Source: Phoronis australis
Taxonomy: Eukaryota > Animalia > Phoronida
Direction of reading: 5' to 3'
Assembly (NCBI GenBank): GCA_002633005.1
Contig: NMRA01000072.1
Location: 981,957 to 1,045,956 of the forward strand
DNA: 64,000 bases
The notes beneath the pieces are model-generated. The model ran no database searches. It was not told the DNA's origin and saw nothing but the letters and a program-made list of their open reading frames with translations. Positions 1-13,400 of the stretch are shown here, in pieces. The first letter of the stretch is position 1. Each line of letters starts with the position of its first letter. Made by a program: the position numbers and the translations under genes.

Positions 1-779
1 ACTCGAACAAATATTCTGGCAATCAAGATTTTGTTCGAACTATGTCCCTTCATTTGTCAATGAAATTTAGAACTGACCTCCATTACTTCCGTTGTACTTG
101 AGCCGTCTTGAGGTCAAATGAAAATGTACAGAGGATTATGTGAATGTCGCCTGTCTCACCGTCTGCTAGACGGTGACCACCCGCTAGCTAGCCCCAGTAG
201 AGACGGAGCTTCATACGCTGGAAGCTTTTCGATGAAGTATGCCTCACACTGATTAAAACATCAAAGTCAAGTTGTTATAAGTACCTTTTGCGCATAGAGG
301 AACACTTTAGGAGGCCGCCAGTGTCTTTATGTCCTTCCAACTCGAACAAATGCTCCTGTAATCAAACTTTTTCTTAGAGTGGTCCTTCATTCAGTTGCAA
401 CTGGCCATTTTTACACTGCGGCACTGCACACGCTCCTATTTTTGTCACGACCACAAGGAACGCGCGTAGTGTTCAAAATGGCCAGTTGCCGATTTGGGCA
501 ACAGAACGAAGGACTGCTCGATGTGTGAAATTTCGAGGTTTATGTGAGGTTAACTCGCAGTGGTTCCTAGGTGTATTTTGACATTAGTCTTCATACATGT
601 AGCTTACTGACTGGGAAATGTCGGAAAAAAGTTGCAAAAAGCTGTAGCATGCCCAAACATGCGAAAGTTTTTGCAACTCCGATATTTAAATGACATCTTA
701 TCTTCCTTGTTTGTTACGGATCTTTAAAAGAAACACAATCTGAAGAACATCGTGTATTGAATCAAACTACTAAAGAAAT

Positions 780-1277
780 CAGGGCTTGGAATTTTCCGCG
801 GAAACGCGGATATCCGCTTTTTTCAAATGTGCTTTCCGCTTTTTTTATAATATTTCCGCGTAAAAAAATCGGATTTGATATAAAATTTGCGCGGCAAATT
901 CCTTCCTTACCGCGGCGTTGCACACGACGTTCACCTCGAAAAGCGGAAGTTGCTCTTTATGTTTCGGAGAAACGTAAATTGTCAACATTGCCGGGGCATC
1001 TTGGACAGCGTGGTGGGATTTTCAATGGCGTCTCGTGTTATTGTTAAGCGCGGCGACAAATACTACCGCTTTGCGGGTTGGGAGTGGACGGGCGAGCTAA
1101 AAGGACGCAGACGCATGCTACTGACGGTAGTAACGTTTTTTTTTTTTTTTTAGTCCTCCCGATTTTTGTCGGGGGAAGGTTCACATTGACCATTTCAAGG
1201 CTGGTTGTCGGGCATGATTTGGGCCGTAAAAGTTTCAAAGTTTCCGCGTTTTTTGTCATTGGCCATTCCAAGCCCTG
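780..1277. mobile_element. hAT-like MITE with 13-bp TIR and 6-bp TSD
   Basis: CAGGGCTTGGAAT (780-792) pairs with ATTCCAAGCCCTG (1265-1277). AGAAAT flanks both sides (774-779, 1278-1283). The interior is CpG-rich and has no credible ORF. Confidence 0.85.
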
Positions 1278-1867
1278 AGAAATTCACTTCTGGCAATTTG
1301 TTGTGAACTGTGAGGAAATGTGGAAAATGGACTGAAGAATCAGCAAAAACAGAAATTGGCCAATAGCTATTTCACCGTTCTCTAAGTTTACTCATATGAT
1401 ATCTCCACAAATTCAGTTACTCAATAATGGATGAGTAGCATTGTTTTCTCGTCGGTAACCAAGTTAGTTTAGTCAAGGTAGAGTGTAACCATGTTTGGAA
1501 ACCTGGACGGTTATGTTTGAAAAGCTCTTGTGCAGCGACTGAGAACCCTGAGCTTTTTCAGCTTTACAATGATTGAAATGAATGGTGGTATTTATTTTTA
1601 TTTATTTAATGTAAAATTGATGGTGACAATCACATGTTTTAGCATGTGAAAATAACATGTAACTGTTGTTGTTGTTGATGAATTAGCTGAAAGGAATATT
1701 TAAACTCAAAAACAAAGAATCAGAATGCAATGAAGTTGCTTTGGAAGGGCAAACACACCTGATGGTTTTTAACAGAAGAATATAGTATACACTGGCTTTA
1801 ACAAAAATCAGTGATTTAGTGTTTCAAGACGATGTTAAAATGACTGAATCTATAAATAGGTTATTTG

Positions 1868-2882
1868 GGCTGTTCCTGTAAAAAATGTATGGGAGGGTGG
1901 GGAAGGCACTTTCATTTCTTATCCACCACCCATATTTTTCTTTTCTTTTTCCAACCCACGACCCATAACTTTTAATTATGTTGAAACATAAAATGCGGTT
2001 TTTGAGATAATCAACCAGTCTTGTCAAAAACTAAAATGGCCAACAGTGGGTGTTACGGTAGCCAAATCTGTCTGAAAATCGACTGGTGCTGGCGCATACC
2101 AGTCGTCTATCTCTATGCCAAATGTCATCATGATCCGTTGAGCAGTTTCTTGAGATAATTGATGGACAAGAAATATAATGACAGGCGGACCGACCACAAA
2201 GTTTCTGTGGGTGTAGAAAAATTCCATGTGAGATCACAACTTGTGTCAGTTACCAGAAACTTGCTTTTCAAAGACACCTGTGAGCAATACTTTAGGCAGC
2301 CACCAGGTGTCTCTGTCCACCTTGTGTCTGTAATTTCAGTAAGATTTTTTCAATTTCATGGATCTATGAATCTCAAACTTTTTCCACGAGTGCTTTTAGG
2401 TTGCTATGCCAAGTGAATAATAGAACTTATCTATCTGACTCCTCGTACTTTTTATTTAAAAATCATCAAATTTCTTAGATGTATTAACACCAGTTTAGTG
2501 TTGCAGTAATTTTCGTTCTGATATGACTAGTATAACATGAGCTTGTCATCGAGTTGCTCATGACTTGAATAACGGCATAGTGTACATACTAGTATTGCAC
2601 TATGTACACTAGCAACATGGGCTTGTTTTTTTTTGTTTTGCGATAATTTTGAGCATCTGTCAAGTGGAGTTCTTGGTGAGTTTTGATTTCTTTTGAGATG
2701 AATTTGGCTGAAAATACCCACCTGTCCACGTTTACTGGACAAAAACACCACCCAGTTTTAATGATTAACTTCTTTCAAGGAGGACCACCCATAATTTAAG
2801 TTTTCTTCTGAAGACCACCACCCATAAATTTTTATTGAAAGTGCTGTCTCCTTCCTCCCATACGGATTTTGCTGGAACAGCC
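1868..2882. mobile_element. Old non-autonomous DNA transposon with imperfect ~45-bp TIRs and a nested HINE-like fragment (~2035-2200)
   Basis: Left end GGCTGTTCCTGTAAAAAATGTATGGGAGG...GCACTTTCA resembles the reverse complement of the right end, GGCTGTTCCAGCAAAATCCGTATGGGAGG...GCACTTTCA. Confidence 0.55.
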
Positions 2883-2919
2883 GTAACAGCATTCTAACTT
2901 CCTATTCTCTTCATTTCAG

Positions 2920-3050
2920 CATGTTTGAGGTTACAAGTAAATCCAGAAAACAAGTCAGATTTCCAAGGCATCAGCCCCGAACGAGCATTTGCTGACTTCA
3001 TCTTCGCCCATGTCATGCTCCACCTTGTGGTCATCAACTTCATTGGTTAG
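2920..3050 (+). CDS. DAD1: DAD1/OST2 oligosaccharyltransferase subunit, last coding exon (first exon not found, presumably upstream of the window)
   Basis: Acceptor tcatttcag ends at 2919. The phase-1 exon reads (A)[42 protein letters not shown], with TAG at 3048-3050. This is the highly conserved DAD1 C-terminus. Confidence 0.95.
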
Positions 3051-3330
3051 CTGGTGAGTAGATGTTGGTCAAGTGGTTGTCAACAGTGGTTGGACACTGT
3101 CAGCTCTTTGTGTTAACATGTCAACGTAATGTCAAAGTTAAAATATGGCGAAAATCTCCCCAATTACATGCACAATAATGCCAACACGTGGAATTTCATT
3201 TTCTCATATTTTTCTTTAAGACTTGTTGCAGCAGAACGATGTTTTTCCCAGTTCATGTTGTGTTAGTTAGACTGCGTAATAGTCTGAGCCAAGGCACTGT
3301 GACAACTCCCTCTGTTGTTGCTTTCTCCAG

Positions 3331-3991
3331 CAGGATCAGCAGCCCTGATCATTCTCAGACATAAACTCAGTCTACTTGAATGTTTCTAATCTGCACTATA
3401 CATTTTCTATGTATATATATAGCCTTTGTGAATTCTAAATTCTCAAAAACAATTTTTGTCTCCGGGCTGATGTCCACCAGTACCATAGCGACGAACTGAC
3501 AAAAGTATGAAAACGTTAGGACTCACAGAACAATGTTAGAAGCCTTTGAAAAGTGGGAGATTTTTTGCAATTATTTTTGTCCGAAATGGTGAGATTCTAG
3601 CATATGCAATGAATGGATTCCAATATTTTATGCTACCAGATTGGTTGTCAGTATGTACTGATTGGTTTGTGTGTTGACATATTGACTATTGTTCTTGATA
3701 AAGTATCAAGTTTTATTAGGTTGTGTGATTATTTTGGTGCAATGTGAAACCCCTTTTGGAGAAATTGGACAGTTTAGGCACCTCAGTTAGCTAAGGCACT
3801 ACGTATACCTTCAAACATCTTGGAAATAGTTGGCAGGGGATTTCCAGTTCATTTAATTCAAGATATATTGTTATGTCTTAAAAATGATACCTTGTCGTGG
3901 TTCACTCAGTGATTGGCCAAGATATACAAGATGCATTTTTCACCTGTCACACCACTCTTAGGGTTCTGACTGAGCCATTCCATTGAATAAA
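3331..3991 (+). other. DAD1: Putative non-coding 3' UTR exon of DAD1 with polyadenylation signal
   Basis: Donor CTG|GTGAGT at 3054, 3 nt after the stop; pyrimidine-rich acceptor ctttctccag ending 3330; AATAAA at 3986-3991. Confidence 0.6.
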
Positions 3992-4554
3992 GTGAACATT
4001 TCAACAGGCAAGATGAGTATTATAATTTTCGTATCTTATCGGGGGATCTATGATACGAGCCGTTCCGTGTGAATTTTGAAAAAGTATCATTGCGGACCGT
4101 CTTTTTTCTTCTTGACTTCAAAGTGAGAATGCTGTGATTGGTTGAAAGCGTGTTCCTTGGAAACTAATGTTATTAGCGTCAGCCATTCAAAAAGTAGACC
4201 ATGAGACGATATAATCTGGAAAGTCATTTTGTTTCCTAAATATGGCATGCAATGAGCAGTGTTCTCTACAACAGAAAATTCAAACTTGACTTGAATTTTA
4301 AAATTCATGTACATGTGTTCAAAAGTCAATGTCTATACTGTGCGGAGTTTGAACATTAAGTTTTGAAATAAATGCATATGTGTTCGTAAAAAGTACTGCT
4401 CTCTGAGAACTGCACTTATACCTGACTGGTGCTGGCGTGAACCAAATAAACATAAATTTGTAAAGCTAATGAAAATGTCGCAGCCTGTTGCTCAGATTAA
4501 TCTAATGAAATTTGTATATCACGCCACTGTCCTCAGGGAACAGTTGCTCAGCGT

Positions 4555-4920
4555 CAGTGTTCTCCACAACCGCTTTTAACATGTTGCCGCATCCTGTTTA
4601 AATGTCCCACATCCTGTTTAAAAATCTCGTGACCGGTTTAAAAAATTAGAGACCAGTTTGGATAACGCTGCGTTATCCTGTAAATTTATGTAACGTGGGC
4701 CAAGGCCTTAAATGTTGAATTAAATAAACTAAATAAATGCACTGAACTGGTGTCAAAAATCCAAAAATAAAATGTGCTAATTTGCTTAGGAAATGGCTAA
4801 TCTCCCAATATTTCAAACTCATTGCTCAGGTTTTAAATTCGATGCAAGTGAGCCAAACTCGTCACAGCAAAATCCAGACTCGACGCAGTGATGAGTCTAA
4901 TCAGGTTGTGGAGAACACTG
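4555..4920. mobile_element. hAT-like MITE with perfect 17-bp TIR
   Basis: CAGTGTTCTCCACAACC (4555-4571) pairs with GGTTGTGGAGAACACTG (4904-4920). No TSD is recognisable. Confidence 0.75.
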
Positions 4921-7900
4921 ATTAAGATCGGTGGTGAACAATGACTGCTTAAGTGTGGAATTCATTTTTAACGCTACATGCACGCATGGGTGGCTTTTAT
5001 TTGTGGAAAAATACTTGAAACTTTGTGGGGCAAGGCCCGCTGTTGCAGATCTGTTTCACGACCTTTTAGGGGTGGTTCAGCAATTTGTTTTCACATATGG
5101 GTCCAAGGATTACTGGTGAATGCCATCTGCTGGTATCTTTTATGTCAAAAGTTACAATACATTTTTTATTTTCTTTTTTGAGCTGCTTTTTGGTTTTACA
5201 TTGGAAACACAAATTAATGTTCGACTTTAAATAATATCAACAAATTTAAAAAGTTTTCAAACATTACTATCATCAATTATGTTATTCTTGTTGCTCATTT
5301 AATTGTACTCTATGTCCAAAAGGAACACATTAACTTTATTTATTCCCATATCATGCTAGTTGAGAGTCTGAAGTATTAAAACATTCCTTCCAACCATCAC
5401 ATTCAGAATGTGTATGTCCTGTACTTTCAGATTTGGTCATCACCAGTGTAATAAAGATGCCTGGGCAGCTCAGTAACAGGCAGGGCAAAGCTGGATATTG
5501 CCATTTTGTATCAGCGAACATACATTGTATTGTTAATGACTTGTAAATAAACACGATAACTTCTGTACCAGTCGCAATCCTTACATCAGCGAATAACTGT
5601 ACTTACCCTGGTTAACCCTTAGGCTATTTCAATTGAGAAACACCAAAATTTGTGGGTGGGTGTTAAGCGGAATGCAATATTGGCGATGATGGAGTTACTG
5701 GGGAGGGCGTTTACCCAAGCATGGGTATTCACCCAGACAAGTGTCCTAGCATTTTATGGAGTAATCAGAAAGATGAATTGCTGTGAGGTCCCTACAGACT
5801 TTTCTTTGATTTGCAAGTGTAAACGGTTTACTGTAGAATTACTGTGAGTTGCTAATCTCTGAGGAGAAGGGGAACTTGCATCATAGTGTATGCAGGTAAA
5901 GTTATCTATTTCACAATTCACAAAACCCTAATCATACAAAATAATATTCAATGTGAGATCCAAATTATGGTTTGCTAATGTGAAAAAAGTCAGATGGCAA
6001 AATGCTGTTTCGTGGGGCACAGAAATCTTCACCCCCTGTATATTGCTGACATTTGTCTGGTGTGTGAAATTTTGAGTTACCGGGTATCTGGAATAAAGCA
6101 TTGCTGTCTAATACACAAACATATTGTACTGCCATTTGCAGGCATTCTGTCAAATGTTGTGCTGTTTACCAAGAACCTGTAGAAAAGTACGAACTTGCCT
6201 GTTGAACAGCTTTAAGATGGATGTATACCCGTTTCATTTCTGTGCTCTGTTCCATGAACTTGTAAAAATTGTTGGTGCATTTTTATTACCAAGCACTGCA
6301 AACATATCTAAACCAGCTCGTGTATTGAGGCTCTTTGGGCAAATTGACAAATATCAGCATCTTTCTGCAATACATTGATGCTTATCTCCTCAAAACCTTC
6401 ACGCAACTTGCTTTAATTCAGTGCAGTTGTTTGGTCACATAACACTAGGTGGTAACAAAGCACTAACATTTGTGCTTACAGGTTTACCAAATTCTTTACC
6501 CAGGACCTGATGTGAAAAGAATCGTACGTTGATATCCTAACCGGTTAAGAGTGGCCAACTCGACTGGTTTGCATACTTCTGAATTTGCCGGTTTAGATTA
6601 GACGCCATGCTGTTTTGGTCGATTCAGTCACAAATTTGATCTTACGCTCCTCACAATTTCTGAAAAATGATTAAATGAGCAAAAGTGTAGTCTCTGAAAA
6701 TATTCACATAACTGCAAGTTACGGAGAAAATTTCGGTAAATTATTTCTAAACTGATGCACTGATAATTACTTTGCTAATTCTTTGATCAAGAATAATAAA
6801 GTGAGAGTGGAAGACCATATTTCTGTCTCTAGTTTTAACTCACTTTTCAACAGACCTCTGTAGTCGCAATCTATGGTGAAACCCGATGAATGTTTACGTG
6901 ACTGTACTGAAAATGACTACAATATATACATGCACTCACATATATTATGTATGTGAATTGTTCCCCACATTATTGATATTTCTAACCCAGTTGATGTTTT
7001 TAACACAAATTTTGCTGAAATGTGACAGTGCAGGCCTGTTGATACAAAGAGCAAAATAAGATTGTGCCACACTGAGATGTAACAGGAGTAAACAGAAGTT
7101 ATTATAATTGCATTGATCCATTTTTATTGAACGAGTACCTTCAAATAGAGCCAATTAATTTACAAACATGATTATATTATGACAAAAATGAAAAAATAAC
7201 GCATTTAACCTAACTGAACAGACGGGCACAAATGAAGCATAGACAAAATCACCAGGAAGCTCTTTCTTGTCCACTTCTCATAAACGCCACGAACATGTTG
7301 CACAGGAAGCTGAACTAGACCAAATTGCATTCCATAGACATAAAAATCTCAGAAATACAAGCAAACTAGTCTTCACAAGATACTGCCATGCACTAGAAGC
7401 AAGACACATGATCAAACTGGCTTTTCTCGCATTCGTATTTGATCTACGGAACACAGTCCAGATCAACTGCACAGCAAATAATTCACCAAAGTGAGAACAT
7501 CGCTTGTGAAGGAAGTACACACATGTACCCAAATATTACGTTACTCTGAACTAACACCCAGAGCACTTAAATTAAAAAAAAATCAGTGGATAGGCCGAGC
7601 ATGACCATTTAAATTTTAAAAAATGGAGAAGGCATTTACTTGACTATAACTTGGAGATAGCCATATGAAAGTGGTGAACATTTATAAAATTTGGGGGCAG
7701 GCATTCAGCCTACAGCGGCTGTTATTCCCTATGTGAACAGTACTATTGGTTGGAACGTAAGAGCAAACCAGACAGCTTTTCAATCTTGAGCTTGAGAAAC
7801 GGTGAATTAAAAAATCTCAATTCCTTTGGAGACAAATACAGCGATTCAGTTAGCATTCCTGGATAGTTTTACACTGGGTGGAGTCCGTTTCTTCTGCAAA

Positions 7901-8870
7901 CACTAATTAAACAAAAACTCGATTTACCACAGCTTAAGCACTACAGCTAAAGGGTTCTGATGGTGACTTATTACTTTTACCTGGTCATGATATGTGACTT
8001 AAAAGCTCGAACAGGGGTGGGTCTGACGGACTTAGCTAGACGAGGACTTAACAAAAAGAATCTAATAACATTTCTTACTAATCAGCAGCTTTTTGACACA
8101 TTGACTTGCCTGTAATGCAGGACACGTGTGTGAATTTGTTGTCACACTACTACAGGTTCACTAGGTCAATGTTTTCTCTACTCACTCGCACATGCACGGA
8201 CCAATAGGAAGACTACATTGCAAGTCACACTTGAAAGGTCACCAAGTTAATTCTATTACGCATTTAAAAATGTTAATTCCATGAAGAAGTTAAGTTCTAC
8301 ATTCAGGTTTAATAATGTAAATTTAACTGCAGCTACCGGCATTACCTTCGTTACTAAAAGTGCGCCCTGTTGTATGTTATTGTATTTACATATTGCACTA
8401 TTATAACATACTCAATGTTTTCCATCTCCTCCAAAACAGAATCTTGAAAATAGTTCTCCATATGCCATTACAAGTGCTCAAATTGAGAAATACAATATGA
8501 CCTACATTTTAATTTAAAAGACAAGAACTTTACAATTGAAAAAAAAATTAAACTATTGATAGCGAACAACGCCCAATACAATAATATTAAATAAAATGAG
8601 AAAACATAAAAGTCGAAAATATAAAAATAACCATCAAACCGTCTTACAATACGCTTGGTTTAAACACTTCGCTCACACGTAACGATCCATTCCACAAGTT
8701 CCAAGCCAACTGTACTGGTCGATTTACTTCACTCCACTGAACTCCGGTTACACCTAATGTCAACTAAAAGTACCAAGAGGGTTCACTGTGATGTGATTCA
8801 ACTGTACCTTGCTTTCATTGCAGCCCTGTGCAATTTCTAAATCAGTGAGGAATTGGTGTAGTGATAGCTA

Positions 8871-9134
8871 CAGTACAGGCCAAAAAAATTCAAAAACATG
8901 ACCAGGAACTCTCCATCGCAACGACCACGCAGACGCCGAATTTATTGTCAGAGTTGTCTCCCCTCATGACCGACGATGAAGGTGAATTAACAGGAAGTTA
9001 AAGAGGTGACTAAGCCATTTTGTAATTAGAATTTTGCCGCCCAAATAGTTATAATCGGTCTTTTTTGCCGTTAACAAAATAAGCCATCATGGAGGTGTAA
9101 TGATAATTTGTCTAACTATTTTGGTCTTGTACTG
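8871..9134. mobile_element. Tc1/mariner-type MITE
   Basis: TA|CAGTACAGGCCAAAA ... TTTTGGTCTTGTACTG|TA, i.e. CAGT termini flanked by TA. Confidence 0.65.
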
Positions 9135-10429
9135 TACCCTCCCGTAATAATAAACAGTGCTGATGGAACATGGCACTTGAAAAACATATCTTGAAAAATG
9201 TTAAACAATGCATAAAACTAGCAGACAAGTGAGCTTCAACTTACATAGGCCAGACAAACGCTGCATTCCCCTTAGTTGCAAACAAATTTCATGCCAATAA
9301 AAACAAAAATTCCTGCTTTTGAGTCAAGGGTCATAAGTCAAATTGTAGACACATAAATTAAATTTAATAAAACCAGTCCACTAAATAATCCTTTAGTAAC
9401 ATAACTGGCAAGATAGACTTTTGTCCCACACAATGGTAAGGCAGGAAACATGAGAGAATATCACAAGTAACTAAGGTTTCTTACCAAAAGTGTCTAGCAG
9501 ATGCCTTGCCTAATGAATGCGTACCAGATTAGTACTGTGACGTCAACTTCTGCGAGTCAAAAATCGTCCTTGCTACTCATTTAATAAAACGGCCAGAGTG
9601 TTTTCAAGATCCAAACATAAACACCTTGATAGAATTAGTGTGACGAGCATACTTGGTAAATGAAAACTAATGAACAGTAATCACATTCATACATAATAAA
9701 ATATTCATTATTAACAGTGATGACTCCTTCTTAACATTAAGATCCAATTCTACAGGTCTTGGTAGAGTAGTGTGAAGCAACTCTCATTTATTTCAGACAT
9801 TGTGGAAGTAACAATGTATTCCCTGCAACTCGTTACAAGATCTTTTCAAAAAAGTTTTGCAAACGATTGACAAGGACACTTACGGAAAATAGCACTTGTC
9901 TGTATCAACAACAATAAAATTTAAAGCACGTGTAACAATCCCCTTTTAGTACAAATCTAATTCCCAATATCTCTGCCTGAAAATATGCAAGCTTGCATTG
10001 TAAAATGCTGCTGCCTAAAGCTGATACACACAAACAAGTATCCATGGTAGGGGCACAAATGCTCATGTTTTCAATCAGTGACAGTAGTCATCTTTATGCA
10101 AGTCAACGGTGACTTCAAGTCAACGGTGACTTCAGCTCATTGTTTCGAGCATGATATATATGGTAAAAATCCTCAGGACTCGTAATATAGCAGCCAGATG
10201 CAACTTCAATTTTTTAAATTTGTCATCTAGAATAGATGTTACTTAAGAAAGTTTTACTTCAACCTTAGTGTTGTCTGTACTGTCCAGCTCTTACTGAAAA
10301 ACAAAGCCAACTAATTTTGAGCACTTGCAGCGATGAACTATGTCTTCGAAAAACAGCACCGAGAACTATAATTATTTTTGTCTCAAATCAAAAATTTTTA
10401 GAATTTTGTTCACACGGGATATGGTCTAT

Positions 10430-13400
10430 TCATCCAGAACTTTCTATCTGAGCATTTTCCCGGCCGTCTTCATTCTCCAAGTATTCATCTTGCATTGATA
10501 GCTGGTCTTTGCCGGTGGACAGCTGTTTATGTTTGGCAAGGTATCTCCTGAAGGACAAAGTGGAAACAGTGAGTACTGGCAGCATGCAATACTAAAAGCA
10601 TGGTCGAGTATGATAATTGCAAAGTTTCCAATAGAAGCCCGGGCATTTCGCCAGTTCAAACGAGCTCTCAACCCTGCCTCTATCAGAAACTGACAGTTGT
10701 TCAGGGATATGTTTTATACAATTTCAAAACTTATCCACACAATAATTTTGACAATTGCATGTTATCAAATGCATTGTACAACAACAGCATCACGACACAC
10801 GCACTGCCACTATTGTTATCTAGGATATAACTTTATGCCTCTGGGCTCAGGAGTTCATTAATTAAATCAAAACTACTTTGACAAACAGTGGAAAATTTTG
10901 CTTTTGCCAATCATTCGCTACCAGGTCAAAAACACACGAGATCCAGCTTCAATTGGAAATCCAGTGTTCATTAATTTTGTTAGGATAGCTAATCCCGACT
11001 TTTCTTAGAGACCAGTTTCTATTGGAAAGACCATTTCTAGTAAATATCCCATAGAAGCAAGTATCTGAACTTGACCCCTGCTCAGATATTATATATCAAA
11101 GCACATTACATAATGAATGTTACAGCATGTTCATGCCATTGTGGAAGACTTGAAATCAATACATATTCAAATACTAGATTGTGATAGAAAACAACCGATG
11201 AACATCAATTTGTTATTTACAATGTGCATAACAGTGCTTCAGTTGTATGTTTGATCGGCTATCTTTTATTACAAAATGTGTGATAAGTTGCAAACCAGTT
11301 AAAATCTGTAAAGAAACAATAGTTCATGTTCATAGGTGGTGCTGTTACGTCGTGTTGTTGTTATAATGATTATCATACATAGGTGGTGATACGGCCGTGA
11401 AATAACCGTGTTATCACGCAGTGAAATACGTCAGAACTACTTTTCCATATTTTCTCTAGACAAGATAACTGTTATCATCTCTACACAAAATAACCCTGGG
11501 AATGCCATAAGGATAACAGTATTTGGTGGACTAAATCCATAAGAATTACGGTAGTTGTTTAAACTCATCTCCTTATGTAGTACCACTCACGGCTCACAAT
11601 TCTGTACTGGTGTTAGTGTCACCAATAATTGAAGAACACCTGACAAATTACAACTGAACCAAATTTGTAGCACAAGTCATATTACATATCTGTCAAATAC
11701 CAACTAAAACTTTAATTTCGACATACTTGATTGAAATGAAGGTGAAAACTGTGTTTTTAAAGTACGCACACTCGCAACCAAAACGACACAGCGACCTCAT
11801 TTGGCCAACTAGTCATGAATGAATCGTTGCTACGGTAAACATGTTACTACGCCTAACACGGAACTCAAGCCAGGTCCTAACCATATTGCATTTAATCAAT
11901 ATAAGGAAATAAAATCGTTAATAGTTGTAACAAGTTTTGTATTATGATATTCTTTTAATAATTCAATGAAATCTTAACAAGTAATTATCTTCTTTAACAC
12001 AACGTCTTGTTCTAATCATCTGCTCAACCTACTGCCAGTCCGGCAGTACAAGAAGCAGAAAGCCACTTGCTTGTTAATTCGATATTCAATGTCAAATGTG
12101 TTCCGTAAGTTGATTAGTTTATAATTGCAACTATTTTACATGGAATAAACACACACTTCATGAGTTCAAATTTCTTCGCGACATATAAGCAGATACTAAT
12201 GAGCATCTTAAAAACAGTTCACGCGATCTGTAAGATATTCACCCTCATTTAAATCGGCTTCCACATCATGTATCTCGATATAATAACCCGAAGTTATTAT
12301 CAGGTAAATTATATAACATCTGTTTATTACCCATTATTACGAGTTATCTACCATTAACCTCTTTTTAATTCACAGGACAGCCACCAGGCAGAATTAGATG
12401 ATTTCCAGACGCTGCTCACAGGTGACCATGTGACCCCAAGATCCCCCCAGTGCCCAACGAAGAACCCAAGATGGGCTCGAAAGCTAGGCTCTAGAGTAAA
12501 ACCAGGCCGCCGATAAGTACTTATCATTATTTCATTACACAGTAAAATAAAACCCGAGTTTAACATTAAGCTATTTGCAAAAGCAGAGCATACAAACCAG
12601 CAAATAATTTTCAAGTGACCCATTTTCCAGGGTTTATGTTAATTAACATAATTTATGTATTTTCCATGACCACAAAAGAAGACCTAGGACAGTTTGTAAC
12701 CACAAGTTAATTTACATTATCACATTTTAGCAAAATACAGCTGGGCCTGAACTTGCCAAACTTTAATCAATATTTAACTCGGAATTTGGCCAATCCCATG
12801 ACATACTTAGAGTAAACGTTCACATTTCACTCAATGAGACTACCAACAAATTAACTCTACACACCCCTCCCCCATTCAACACTTACTGTTTGGCTGCCTC
12901 AATCATTTTCTGCTTTCTCTTGTCAAGCATTCCCTCGCGTTCACTGGAGCTCTTTGAGAACCGACTGCCAAAGGGAGCCGGGTCTGGCGCGACTTCTTCA
13001 CCATCACTGTAACAATGCGTCAAATTTTCACAATAAACTGGGTAGCATTGAGCAAAAGGCAGCTCACAATTTGCCTTTGTCACCAAATTACAAAACAGTC
13101 ACTTTTCCAACTGCCTTCCTCCCTGAACCTGTAAAAATTTTGGCAAGCCAGAACTTACTTAATACATATATCAACATCTTTTTTCAGTTCAACTTTGGTC
13201 TTTGCCTGTACAGCGACGTGATAAAAAAAATATTTTCAATAATAATGATAGTGATAAGCACTTGGGATAATAAAACACGAATACTTCTATAGCTACTGCA
13301 ACTAATAACACTAACAACGACGACAACAGTTATGGCCTTTCGTGTGCCTGACGACTCTTACTCAGCAACTTACCTGGACTCTGGCATCCCAGTCAAGTCA

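Noticed and set aside
12354-12623. Alternative AMFR terminal exon
   Set aside because: The candidate acceptor tttactctag gives an immediate stop in the required phase, and the ORF has no AMFR similarity.
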